Shown: piece after piece, positions 1 through 10,960 of the stretch
Layout of the letters: every line of letters begins with the position of its first letter
How positions within the stretch are numbered: the stretch's first letter is position 1
Assembly: GCF_006345805.1 (NCBI RefSeq)
Contig: NC_043010.1
Span: 50,592,001-50,656,000 of the forward strand
DNA: 64,000 nt
Source: Octopus sinensis
Lineage: Eukaryota
Direction: 5' to 3'
Position numbers and translations under genes: made by a program
Notes under the pieces: model-generated
The model's database searches: none
What the model saw: only the letters and a program-made list of their open reading frames with translations
What the model was told of the DNA's origin: nothing

Positions 1-321
1 CTGTTTTGTCTGAAGCAGTGTGGAGCCGGCTTAATAGAGTAGCAATGAAAACAATCACTGTATCACTTTAAGTCTCAATGCTAAAAAGCAAGTCTGTAAA
101 ACTGATGCACGCACTGATGGATTTACGGTTTCACATAAGGCTATAACAAACTCAGTCTCACAAAACAAGTCAGTATAAAGTTGGCCATGACTATGTAATT
201 ACTAAGTAAAATACGTAGCACAGATCACAATGAAAAAGTGGATGAGACAGGGACTCTTTGTGTATTATACATGAAGTCACTTTGTCCCACTATGCTGGTG
301 TAGCTGACAAGGAAATATTAC

Positions 322-383
322 CTTGATATACTTGTTGCTTTGAGTTTAAATTGATTGCATTCAAAGAAAAATGCTTCCAGTCT
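322..383 (-). CDS. Candidate exon of an unidentified minus-strand gene
   Basis: ttcctag| acceptor and aag|gtaat donor; splices stop-free to 524-591 in two frames across a 140-nt intron. Confidence 0.4.
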
Positions 384-523
384 CTAGGAATGACATCATT
401 AAACACAGTAAACTTTCCTTTCATATATCTGTATTGTAAGTTTAGGGCGTTTAATGATTTTAGACAAAAAATATTCAACATTAAAAAAAGAAACAAAATA
501 TACCAATGGCCACACTTAATTAC

Positions 524-591
524 CTGGAAGGCCGCAGGTTCCCCCATTTCTGTCTTAATGGCTTTGGCATACAACCCTGGGCACATTGTTC
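524..591 (-). CDS. Candidate exon of an unidentified minus-strand gene
   Basis: GC-richer 68-nt block between a tttttgttataag| acceptor and a cag|gtaatt donor; two frames open. Confidence 0.4.
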
Positions 592-685
592 CTTATAACA
601 AAAACAGGTTTAAATTAATGGAGGTGTTTGTCTTGTTCTTTTCTCATTCATTTATTAACTAATATATACTTATTTGTATGTATAC

Positions 686-734
<49 letters not shown>

Positions 735-1148
735 AATTGAGATAGGGGTTGTAAATGCAACCCTCTATGGGATAACGTATATCCAATATACTGCTAGTGA
801 AGTACCCAACAAAGTTAATACATAAATGTTAATAATTGCGATGCAATCAATTCATTTACTGTATTATATGGGCAAAGGTAAAATGATTTACCACAAATTA
901 CTAATACAAGATAAGAAAATGTAGAAATACATCTAAATCAAATATCAATTACCAGATAATACTCAATCACATACTTTATTAAACCACCACATAAGAGACT
1001 GTAGGGTTAAATATAAAAAGCAGAACAAATCAGTGTACATAAAGGAGTGGTTTAATAAAGTATGTGATTGAGTATTATCTGGTAATTGATATTTGATTTA
1101 GATGTATTTCTCCATTTTCTTATCTTGTGTATATATATATATATATAT

Positions 1149-1180
<32 letters not shown>

Positions 1181-1499
1181 ATATACACACACACATGCAC
1201 ACCATACACAAACACGTTATCAATTACCTATTTCTTTATTACTCACACGGGGCTAAACATTGAGGGGACAAACAAGGACAGACATAGGTATTAAGTCGAT
1301 TACATCGACCCCAGTGCATAACTGGTACTTATTTAACCGACCCCGAAAGGATGAAAGGCAAAGTTGACCTTGGTGGAATTTGAACTCACAACGTAACGGC
1401 AGACGAAATACCACTAAGCATTTCACCCGGCGCGCTAACGTTTCTGCCAGCTCGTCCCATAAACAGACATTTAGGATTGGCCATGTCTCCACTTGTGTT

Positions 1500-1850
1500 C
1501 ACACTTCACTGCATTCACCTCTGTAAACAATCTATCCATTTACTGATCTCCTTTCAAATTCTCACAAAATTACTCACCTATCCCCCCAACTTCTGTACTA
1601 CTTTTCTTATATTAAACTTCCTGTAACTTGAGAGTAACCTCATGGTATGCTCTGACACATTTCCACTACTATCTTCTCTCTCTTTTCCAACTGGAGTAGC
1701 CATGTATCTGCTGGACAGCGAGACACCTGTTCCCATTTCCCTATCATGCTTTAAACCTCTCATCATCAAGTATAAAACCATCTTCTTCAGTACTATACAT
1801 CAGGCCTGGCCAATTCAAACTACATTGGGGGCCACTTTAATCACAGAAAG
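1500..1850 (-). mobile_element. Probable decayed RTE-type LINE endonuclease fragment
   Basis: Purine-rich minus-strand translation (GTGVSLSS...YMATPVGKEREDS...) loosely resembles the APE YAPQVG region; weak. Confidence 0.35.
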
Positions 1851-3479
1851 TTTTTGAGGTCTGCTTGTATACTTTATGCACTAATAGTCAATCAAATTAC
1901 AGAATCAAGAATTTTTTGTACTTTTCATTTCTTTAAAATTATAAAATTGTAGGCTATTACTCTATTGCCACTTATGAATTCTAATTTTATTTTAAAATTA
2001 AACACGATACTTAAAGAAAGTATCAAGCAGGCTGCAAGATAAAAGCCTGCGGGCCACGTTGGTGCCCCCTAAAAAGCACCCAGCACATTTTGTAAAGTGG
2101 TTGGTGTTAGAAACCGTACCAGAATAGAAAACATCCTTTCTGTAGAGGAGTGTAGGCTCAAAATGTTAAAAACTTTTACCTGCGCATCAACCTAATAGAT
2201 CTTGTTGTTCTTTAATCCCATCTTTGTATTGTTGCAATCCTTTGAATGATAACTGAAGAGGATTTGGTGACATTCTGTGTGTTTGTCTGTCTGTGGTTAT
2301 ATAACTTATGTGTGTTTTTTTTAACATATTATTTAATGCTTATCCATGCATCTAAGCGTGAAGCTTACATAAATACCATCCCAAATTGTGAACTGTAAAC
2401 ATTGAACCAAGAAAAATGAACAAACAAGCAAGCAAGCAATGCAAAAAACCAGCATTTAGAATTGGATGTTGGAACATAAGGACCATGACAACTTGTCTGT
2501 CAGAGGACCTTCAAAAAATCACCAAGACAGCAGTGATCAACAACGAACTGCTTCGACTCTGAGTGGATATTGCAGCATTCCAGGAAACTCTATTCTCTGT
2601 TTTCCTTAATCTGATTCATTATGTGTGTGTGTGTGTGTGTGTGTGTTGAAAAAAAAAGAGGCAGTCAGAATTTTGGATAATTCTTTATTAGTGCTTCTGT
2701 TTGTTTACCCAAACTCTTCAAGACAAAAATTAAAACCAAAATTATTTTGGCTTTAACTTTTGTCTCGAAGAGTTTGGTTAAATGAACAAAAGTGTTAATA
2801 AGGAATTACCCAAAATTCTGACTGCCTCCTTTTTCTCAATATACAATATCTGTACACCACTTCAAAGACTCCATCCATCCATCTGTACATATGTACGTAT
2901 TCTTTTATGTTTCAGCCCTAGGGCTGTGGCTTTGCTGAAACACCACCAGTGTAATCACCTTTTCAATGTCCGATCTTATTTGATTGGCTTTTGATGAAGG
3001 AGGGAGTTCGACACTGCTGCTCTCTTTTGAGTTTCCTGCCTTGATATAGGTTTATCTGGGGCAATTTTCTTTGCTTGCATGGATCAGAGAGAATTCATTA
3101 AGATAGTTTTTCTATGGTTGGATATTACTTGTTGCTAGTTCTCACGTGTTTCCCATCTATTGTGATAATCTCTTACTCTATCAAATGACAAACAGCCTCA
3201 AAATAGTTATGTGGTGAACTGGAAATGATGAACACCACCTGCACTGTTGTTTACAGTCAGCAAAACCACTTGAGGACAAGGAGAAACACACAAGTACCAT
3301 TGAATGTAGCACTTACCCTTCCCAACTGTAAATGTAGATGAAACAGGATTTTTCTTAAAAAACATACTTTCCTGCGATTTAATCGCCCAAGAAGGACAAA
3401 AACACTTCCGGGTTGAAAGCCAGACAAAACTGTTAACCGTATTACTTGGTGGTAATGGTTCAGGAACCAGTAATACCAG

Positions 3480-3720
3480 AAAGAATTTTTACTACTCAAT
3501 TCTTCAGTATCAGCATCACTAGGGTTATGGAAATCATGGACCTGTTTACTGAGGATGATCCTGACTTGAAGTACAACAGTAATGTAGAGAGAGATATTCT
3601 GGATATGATCATTCTCCTACCATCAACTACTTCATGAGAGAACATGCAAAAGAACACAAGCAACATTTGATGCTGTCTTCATAAAGCAACCACTATGCAA
3701 AGAAGAGCCATTGCCTAGAC
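3480..3720 (+). mobile_element. pogo/Tigger transposase C-terminal remnant
   Basis: DLFTEDDPDLKYNSNVERDILDMI ... QATFDAVFIK resembles the pogo DPxxERSxxV...QTTLDxFF tail. Confidence 0.55.
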
Positions 3721-4230
3721 CTTCATCTTAGATACAGCATCTTTTATCCTGCTTTGCACTATTGCTTTTCAACTAAATCAGTGGTTAATAGGCCGGTGTA
3801 TTGTGTAATTAAAGTTAATTTCACCTGTTTAATAATTTCATCCTTTAAGCTGCCTCCTTTCTACTATAGCCTCACTCAGTCGTAGGGGATCACAGTTTTG
3901 TTAGTGATGTGATGATATACCTAGTGCTGATGCCTTGAAAAAAAATGTTTTGACCTAATTAACACTGATACTATGCTATAAAGTGGTTGGAGTTAGGAAG
4001 GGTATCCAGCTGTTGAAAAACATGCCAAGCAGTCATTGGAGCATAATGTAGTCCTGGGAACTATCAGGTCCTTTCAAACCATTCAACAAATGAGGATGGT
4101 GATGATTAAGATTTCATGTAGCAATCATACCTCACCACTTCTTCCCATGTCTTTTTGGTCTTCCTTTTCCACAGGCTCTTTCCACTTGTATCATTTGACA
4201 CTTTTCCACCCAACTATCATTTTTCTTTAA

Positions 4231-4451
4231 CCCTTTAGTGTTCAGAATACTCTGTTAAATGTAATACCTTTTCACTCAAATTGTTTTGAATTAATCAAGC
4301 ATTATCTTATAGCTTTGAGGTTTCAATGATGTGATTGTTTATTTTCAGAATGGCATTGTAGGTTAGGAGTGAGAGGCTAGATATCGCCAGTTTGAATATA
4401 AAACATGTAGAATATATTGGGCCGGATTTGGCCGGTTTAAACACTAAAGGG
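4231..4451. mobile_element. piggyBac-type MITE family 1 (other copies 11969-12194, 51663-51883; partial ~50340-50490)
   Basis: TTAA-CCCTTTAGTGTT ... AACACTAAAGGG-TTAA. Confidence 0.85.
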
Positions 4452-5310
4452 TTAAACATCCCATGATTATATCTATGCAGTCTACTTTCATGTATAACTC
4501 TTGCTTAAGTCTTGTTTGCGCTATCAAACAATATATCTCTTAGCTTGATGGTTCAGAGCACTGTCAGCATTTGAGAGGACCGGGGTTGGATTCCCTATGG
4601 AGACTTGCTGGCCACTTTATTTTTTTTTTGTTATTGCCCTCGTGGCAAATAAAGAAAACATCAAAGTTCTTTAGAACTACAAGAGTATTTCACACCCTTC
4701 CAATTCTCCTTTTAAAACATATTTTGTTCTTTGTTACAAGAATTCTGTAGCAGATGAGTTGATTTTGAATATTAGAGTATAAATTATTTAAGAGAAAGGT
4801 CTTTAATCATCTATCTTTTGTGATGACAGCTGGAGGAGTGGGTAGAGAATTGGACATTATTTGAAGAGAGATCTGAGAAATAACAGATGTTGAAGGTCAC
4901 AAGTTATTACCTTTCAGTTGAAATAACAGAACTAGAAATATTGATTGAGCAAATAGAATGTTATGTAACAACCATAAGCTGCAATGGTTTTAACAAACTC
5001 TTTAAGAGCTACACAGGGGGCTTCTATATGATAACTTGACCTGCCAAAAGAATGCTACCACTTTAAAGGGGAAGATGGAGATGCATGTTATATAGGATAA
5101 AGACAGGGTTTCTATAACTGGAATACACTTTTGATCATAAGTTTGCTCTATCTTGGGAATGAACTACACATTCCCCATCTGTGAGGTGTGGAAGGGGATT
5201 ATTACAGTCTCACCGCATGGTACCTTGGGCAAGTCCGTTCTACTATTGTCTCAGGCTGACAAAGCCTTGTAAGTAGATTTGGTAGATGGAAACTGAAAGA
5301 AACCTGTCAC

Positions 5311-7480
5311 ATATATATATGTATATTATATATACTGCTTGTGCGTTGTGTGCGTGGGTGCGCTTCGTGTGTGTGGGCTTGCTTCGGATGTGCGCGTGCG
5401 TATGTATGCATACATACCCACACACTCGCATGCATCCCTACCCACATACATACACGCACACCTACTCACACAACACATACACACACATACCTGCACACAC
5501 ACACACACATACATACATACACATACATACCTACTTCAGACATACACACACACAGACATACACCCATACACTCACACTCACACGCATACACACACACATA
5601 CACACGCACACGTACACATACACACACACACACACACCTACATACATACATTACACTTGTATACACACACACTTACATTCATACACACACACACCTACAC
5701 AGCCATACCCTAACTCAGACACACACATCTACCTACACACACACACAAACACACACGGACACACACCCATACATACATACATCTACACACACACGCCTAC
5801 ACACATACATACACACATACATAAACACACACACATACACATATACACACATACGCACACACACATATACTTATACACATGCACACACACACACATACAT
5901 ACATACACCCATATACATACACACCACATACCCACATACTCTATACGCACATACACACACACAGACATACACACATACACACTCACACAAACATACACAC
6001 ACACATACTTACACACACACTCACCTGCACGCGCACACACATGCATGACAAACACCCATACACTCACACTCACATACGCACACACCAACATAAACACGCA
6101 CACGCACACGCACACACACACACCTCCCTCACCCACACACATACACACGCACCTACATACACACACGCACGCATACACACGCATAAACACATACATTACA
6201 CACGTAACACACACAACTACATACACATGCACACACAAACATGCACGGACACACCCAGACATACACACATACACCTATATACACACGCCCACACACCTAC
6301 ATACACACACATATACAACGCCCACACACCTACATACAACACACATACATACACACACATACACGGACACACCCATACATACTTACATACATACACCTAT
6401 ATACACACACGCCTACACACCTACATACACACACATGCATACACACACACACACATGTACGCACACACACACACATATACGAACAGAACATATATACCCA
6501 CACACATGCACACCACACATACGCACATGCATGCATGCATGCATGCACACGCGCACACCTACACGCATACACACACGCACGTACACATACATACATACAC
6601 ACACGCATACATACACCCATACACATACATGCATCCTACACACACATACATACACACTCACACATACATACACACACACACACTCACTCACACACCTGTA
6701 TGTACGCGCACACACATGCACATACACACACTTCCCCACACCCACACGTACATACATACACACTCACACACATACACCACACACACACACACACACGGAC
6801 ATACATCTATGCACACACATACATACACACATACTCACATACATTCATCGGACACACTGCCACCGGACATACACACAGACACACTCACACATCCACACAC
6901 ATACATACTTACGCACATACTCGCAGGCTCGCGCACGCACGCGCTTGCGCCGGTTCGCGTACGCATACGCTCCGCAGGCACCTCGCTCTTGGAACCGACA
7001 AGACCTCCCGCCCGTTCCTGGGACCGTCGCGTGTCGTTGGGTTTTCCCACGCCCGCCTCCGCGGGACCACTCTTCCATCTTCCCCTCAGCGAGTCCTTTT
7101 CCTTAACCCCCCCCTTTTTCGTTACACACACGCGCACACATATACACACATTGCTTAATATATACATTACTCTACACACATCAATCTACTCGCCATTTAT
7201 ACCACCACGACACTGGACACACACACACACTACTACTCAACACACGCTGGCACGCTACATACGCCCCCACCTCTTCCCCTCCCTCCTTCCTCCTTCCTTC
7301 TTTTTCTTACTAACTGACCTTTGTCTGCTAAGCTGACCACTATCTCGCCCTACCTCACACGCCTACACACAGGCGCCACACACACTAACACACACATATA
7401 TATTTTTTTGTTTTTTCATCTCGCCTCACACACACACATACACCACACGCACACGCACACACTCACACATACACACACAT
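5311..7480. repeat. ~2.1-kb degenerate (CA)/(TACA) low-complexity array
   Basis: Almost purely C/A with scattered T; source of the His/Thr and Val/Cys ORFs. Confidence 0.95.
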
Positions 7481-7653
7481 CTGTTGCGTTACCAACCTTG
7501 TCTCCACTCTTTTGCCTTTAAAAACCCACTTTGCTCTGTTTTCGTAAACATCCGCCTTTCACCATGTGCAACTCGTAAACACCAGTCGTCTTTTTTCTCT
7601 TTCCCTGTTGCCCGCTCTGGGATCTTCTTTCCTCTCTTTCCTTCTTTATGTTT

Positions 7654-7680
7654 CCGACGAAGAGCTCCACTCGAAACGTC
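7654..7680 (+). ncRNA. Hammerhead-like motif (CCGACGA variant) in a Penelope-type fragment (7480-7790)
   Basis: gttt-CCGACGA-A-GAG-ctcca-CTC-GAAAC-GTC^atac. Confidence 0.55.
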
Positions 7681-7837
7681 ATACCTCCCTGCTTCCTTTT
7701 CCTGAGCGCCTATTAATAATAATACTGTAATTGTTCCATTGTTGTTGTTTTTTTTTTGTTTCCCGTTTGGATTAAAATTATATATATATATATATAGCCA
7801 CTACACATTCTTTCTCTCCTTGTTTCTTCCTGTGTTC

Positions 7838-7873
7838 CTTTCCATGGAAAAGCGTAGGCTTGAAACGTTAAAG
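7838..7873 (+). ncRNA. Degenerate hammerhead-like motif in a Penelope-type fragment (7795-7965)
   Basis: CTTT-ccatgga-A-AAGC-gtag-GCTT-GAAAC-GTT^AAAG; stems I and II intact, core decayed. Confidence 0.5.
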
Positions 7874-8500
7874 ACATTTTCACTTCCTGAGCGTAAAACT
7901 AATGCATCTGTTTGTTATCTACACCTCCTGTTTTTGCCTTTTGTTTTTTTGTGAATTCTCTCTCTCTATATATATATATATGTGTGTGTGTGTATGTATG
8001 TATGTATGTATGTCTGTGTTTGTCCCCCACCTTTGCTTGACAACCGGTGTTGGTGTGTGTATGTTTTTTCGTAGCTTTGCAGTTCGGCAAAAGAAACCAA
8101 TAGAATAATTACTAGGCTTAAAAGATAGTTAAGTCCTGAGTTTAATTTCCTTGACTACAAACCCTTCAAGGCAGTGCCCCAGCATGGCTACAATCAAATG
8201 ACTGAAACAAGTAAAAGATACAGACATATATATGCATGCATGCTGTATGCTATCTTCTAAATCCAATTGTAAAGCTTTGACTGGCATGAGGTCTTATAGT
8301 TAAAGGCATTTGCTAAACGTGCTGCGCCAGTTGATTGACTTGTTAAAAGAAAGCAACATGGGGTGAATAAGCTGTTTGATGATGATAACTATAAAGGGAA
8401 TATTGAACATAAAATACAGAGCACAAAGGCAGTATGTAGATAGAATAGCTCAGAAGCTAATTTAAAATCTGACTGATTTTACATGTTCAGGCACATCTTT

Positions 8501-9083
8501 TACCCTTTTACTCTTTTACTTGTTTCAGTCATTTGATTGTGGCCATGCTGGAGCACCGCCTTTAGTCGACCAAATTGACCCCAGGACTTATTCTTTGTAA
8601 GCCTAGTACTTATTCTATCGGTCTCTTTTGCTGAACCGCTAAGTTACGGGGACGCAAACGCACAAGCATCGGTTGTCAAGCTATGTTGGGGGGACAAATA
8701 CAAACACACACACACATTTCTCTCCTTGTTTCTCTCCTTGTTTTTTTTCTGTGTATCTTTCTGTCGAAGAGCATAGGCTCGAAACGTAAAAGACTTTTTC
8801 TATTTCTATTCCTGAGCGCTATACTAATACATTTGTTTGTTTGTACTCCACCTGCCTTCGTCTTTCGTTTATTTTCGTAAACTTTCTCGTTACATATATA
8901 TACACACATACATATATACGATGGGCTTCTTTTAGTTTCCGTCTACCAAATCCACTCACAAGGATTTGGTCGGCCCGAGGCTTATAGTAGAAGACACCTG
9001 CCCAAGGTGCCACACAGTGGGACTGAACCCGGAACCATGTGGTTGGTAAGCAAGCCACTCACCACACAGCCACTCCTGCGCCT
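8501..9083 (-). mobile_element. tRNA-head SINE family A, interrupted by a hammerhead-bearing fragment
   Basis: Reverse complement of aggcgcaggagtggctgtgtggt...ggttcagtccc (A/B boxes), internal (TA)/(TG) tract, aaagagta tail. Confidence 0.85.
8756..8793 (+). ncRNA. Minimal type I hammerhead-like motif (CUGUCGA variant) in a Penelope-type fragment (8716-8895)
   Basis: TCTTT-CTGTCGA-A-GAGC-atag-GCTC-GAAAC-GTA^AAAGA; 5-bp stem I, 4-bp stem II, palindromic ACGT stem III. Confidence 0.7.
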
Positions 9084-9534
9084 ATAACGATGATGATGCT
9101 TTTAGTATTGGATATTTTGATTTATTTTTCTTAGCTATTCATGCGGTTCATAGTTGATGAGATGTGAAGCTTGAACTTCTGTTTGTATTCAGTCAAGTAG
9201 AAGGTTGTAGTTGGTATGTTGATGTGCTAATGAAGGATTGGTTAGCAACCAATGCAGTGACACGGCAGCTGGAATAGCAATTAAAGCTGGTTCAGTTGAT
9301 TAGTTGATTCCTGTATATAATTGGAGCTGAATATTGCATCTTTGTAAAGGTGTGTGTAGGTCAATAGGAAGTGTGTGTATGTGTGTATGAGAGAAAGACA
9401 ATGACATTTGATTGTACAATATACTTATTAATAGATGAATGACAGAAGAACTGAAATTATGTAATCATATATATATGCATATACCCAATACATACAATCT
9501 GTGTCTGTCTGTCTTTATTGATAGGAGTGTGTGT

Positions 9535-9790
9535 GTGTATGTATAGATATATATATGTGTATGTATGTATATATATATATATATATTTGCGTGTATATAT
9601 ATGTATATATAATTCAACAAAACTGTCCGACGAACGGGAACGTGAAACTCAGAGTATCTATATATATATACACACATATATATGTATATATATATATGTG
9701 TGTGTATATATATATATACACACATATATATATATATACATATATATGTGTGTATATATATATATATATAATATACACACACATATACAC
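9535..9790. repeat. Compound (TA)/(TG)/(CA) microsatellite (similar tracts 687-731, 1123-1190, 19070-19116, 19540-19597, 23925-23990, 60070-60232)
   Basis: Direct inspection. Confidence 0.9.
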
Positions 9791-10157
9791 GCGCGCGCAC
9801 ACTCATACATACAGGGTGTCCATAAATTACCTTTACAATCTGAAGTGTGGAAGTTGTATGTATACACGCACACACTCACACAGGTGCATCTTTTTTCTTT
9901 TATAAAAACTTGCCATTTCACATGTGGAGAAAGAACAGTAATTATACACAGCCATAAGCTACACCTTGCATGATTTATAGCCAATGCAAATAGGCCGACA
10001 AAGGTTAAGTGTTTTGATTTCAGTAACAAGATATAAATCATTAACTTCTCAGATTTTGTTGAATGAAACACCAGTGATCTCACCCCCCTCCCCGGCACCC
10101 ATAACACAGTTAAAAACATTGGAAACAACACTGGCTTAGTTGCTTTGTTTACTAATC

Positions 10158-10440
10158 TCTCTCTGTATAAAATTCTTTGTCTGTCTGTTTGTTCCCTATG
10201 CATTCTCAAACAGCTCCATCAGATCAAATTTTACATGGTGATAGTATTAGAGACCCTGTGAGTGTCAACATGTAATTTTTATTTTCATTTGGGTTAAAGT
10301 CTGTCTGTATGCCTCTCTGTCCGTTCCCCATGCATTCTCAAATGACTCCACCAAATCAAATCAAACCAAATTTTACAAGGTGGTATTAGACCCCGCGAGT
10401 GTCAACATGTAATTTTTATTTTCTTTTGAGTTAAAATAAT
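10158..10440 (+). mobile_element. 5' end of a Helitron/DINE-like element with a tandem ~130-bp duplication
   Basis: tctctgtataaaa...gtctgtctgtttgttccctatgcattctcaaa unit at ~10175 and again at ~10300. Confidence 0.55.
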
Positions 10441-10699
10441 ATATTTTATTTTAAATAATTTTACCACCATGACTTCACATTTTGTATATGAGTATGTATG
10501 TGTTGTGAGTGTGTGTGTGTTGTGTGTTCATTACATACAACTACTAAAGGACATTTTATACCACCACTACCACCAACATGACAACACATTTTATATATGA
10601 GTGTGTATATGTCAGAGTGTGTGTGTGTTAGCACATTTGTTACGTACAAGATAGTAAAGGATTTTGGAAACAGAGACCTGGACCCAGTGAAATTGAATG

Positions 10700-10960
10700 A
10701 AGCTGTTGTCTGGCATACACTGACCCTCGATAATGAAGGCTTCAAGACTAATAAACCAGATATTGTTATTGAGGACTTTTCAAGAAGGGAAGTACCTCTT
10801 GATAGATGTATTTGTCCCAAGAAATAATAATGTATCTCGAAAAGATATGAAGTTACTATCCAAATATAAAGATGTGGAAAATAGAGAAAAGCTACATGTG
10901 GAGTTTGAAAACAGAAAAAAATCCCTATGATATCAGCTACGTCATTATTGACGTTGTCAT
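10700..10960 (+). mobile_element. Remnant of the restriction-like endonuclease domain of an R4/Dong/NeSL-type non-LTR retrotransposon
   Basis: Across frameshifts: KTNKPDIVIEDF / KYLLIDVFVPRNNNVSRKDMKLLSKYKD / MWSLKT, a PD-(D/E)xK RLE pattern. Confidence 0.75.

Noticed and set aside
5286-7336. Long His/Thr-rich ORFs (606, 485, 305 aa) and Val/Cys-rich antisense ORFs
   Set aside because: Simple translation of a degenerate (CA)n array that cannot form stop codons; no domain, no splice structure
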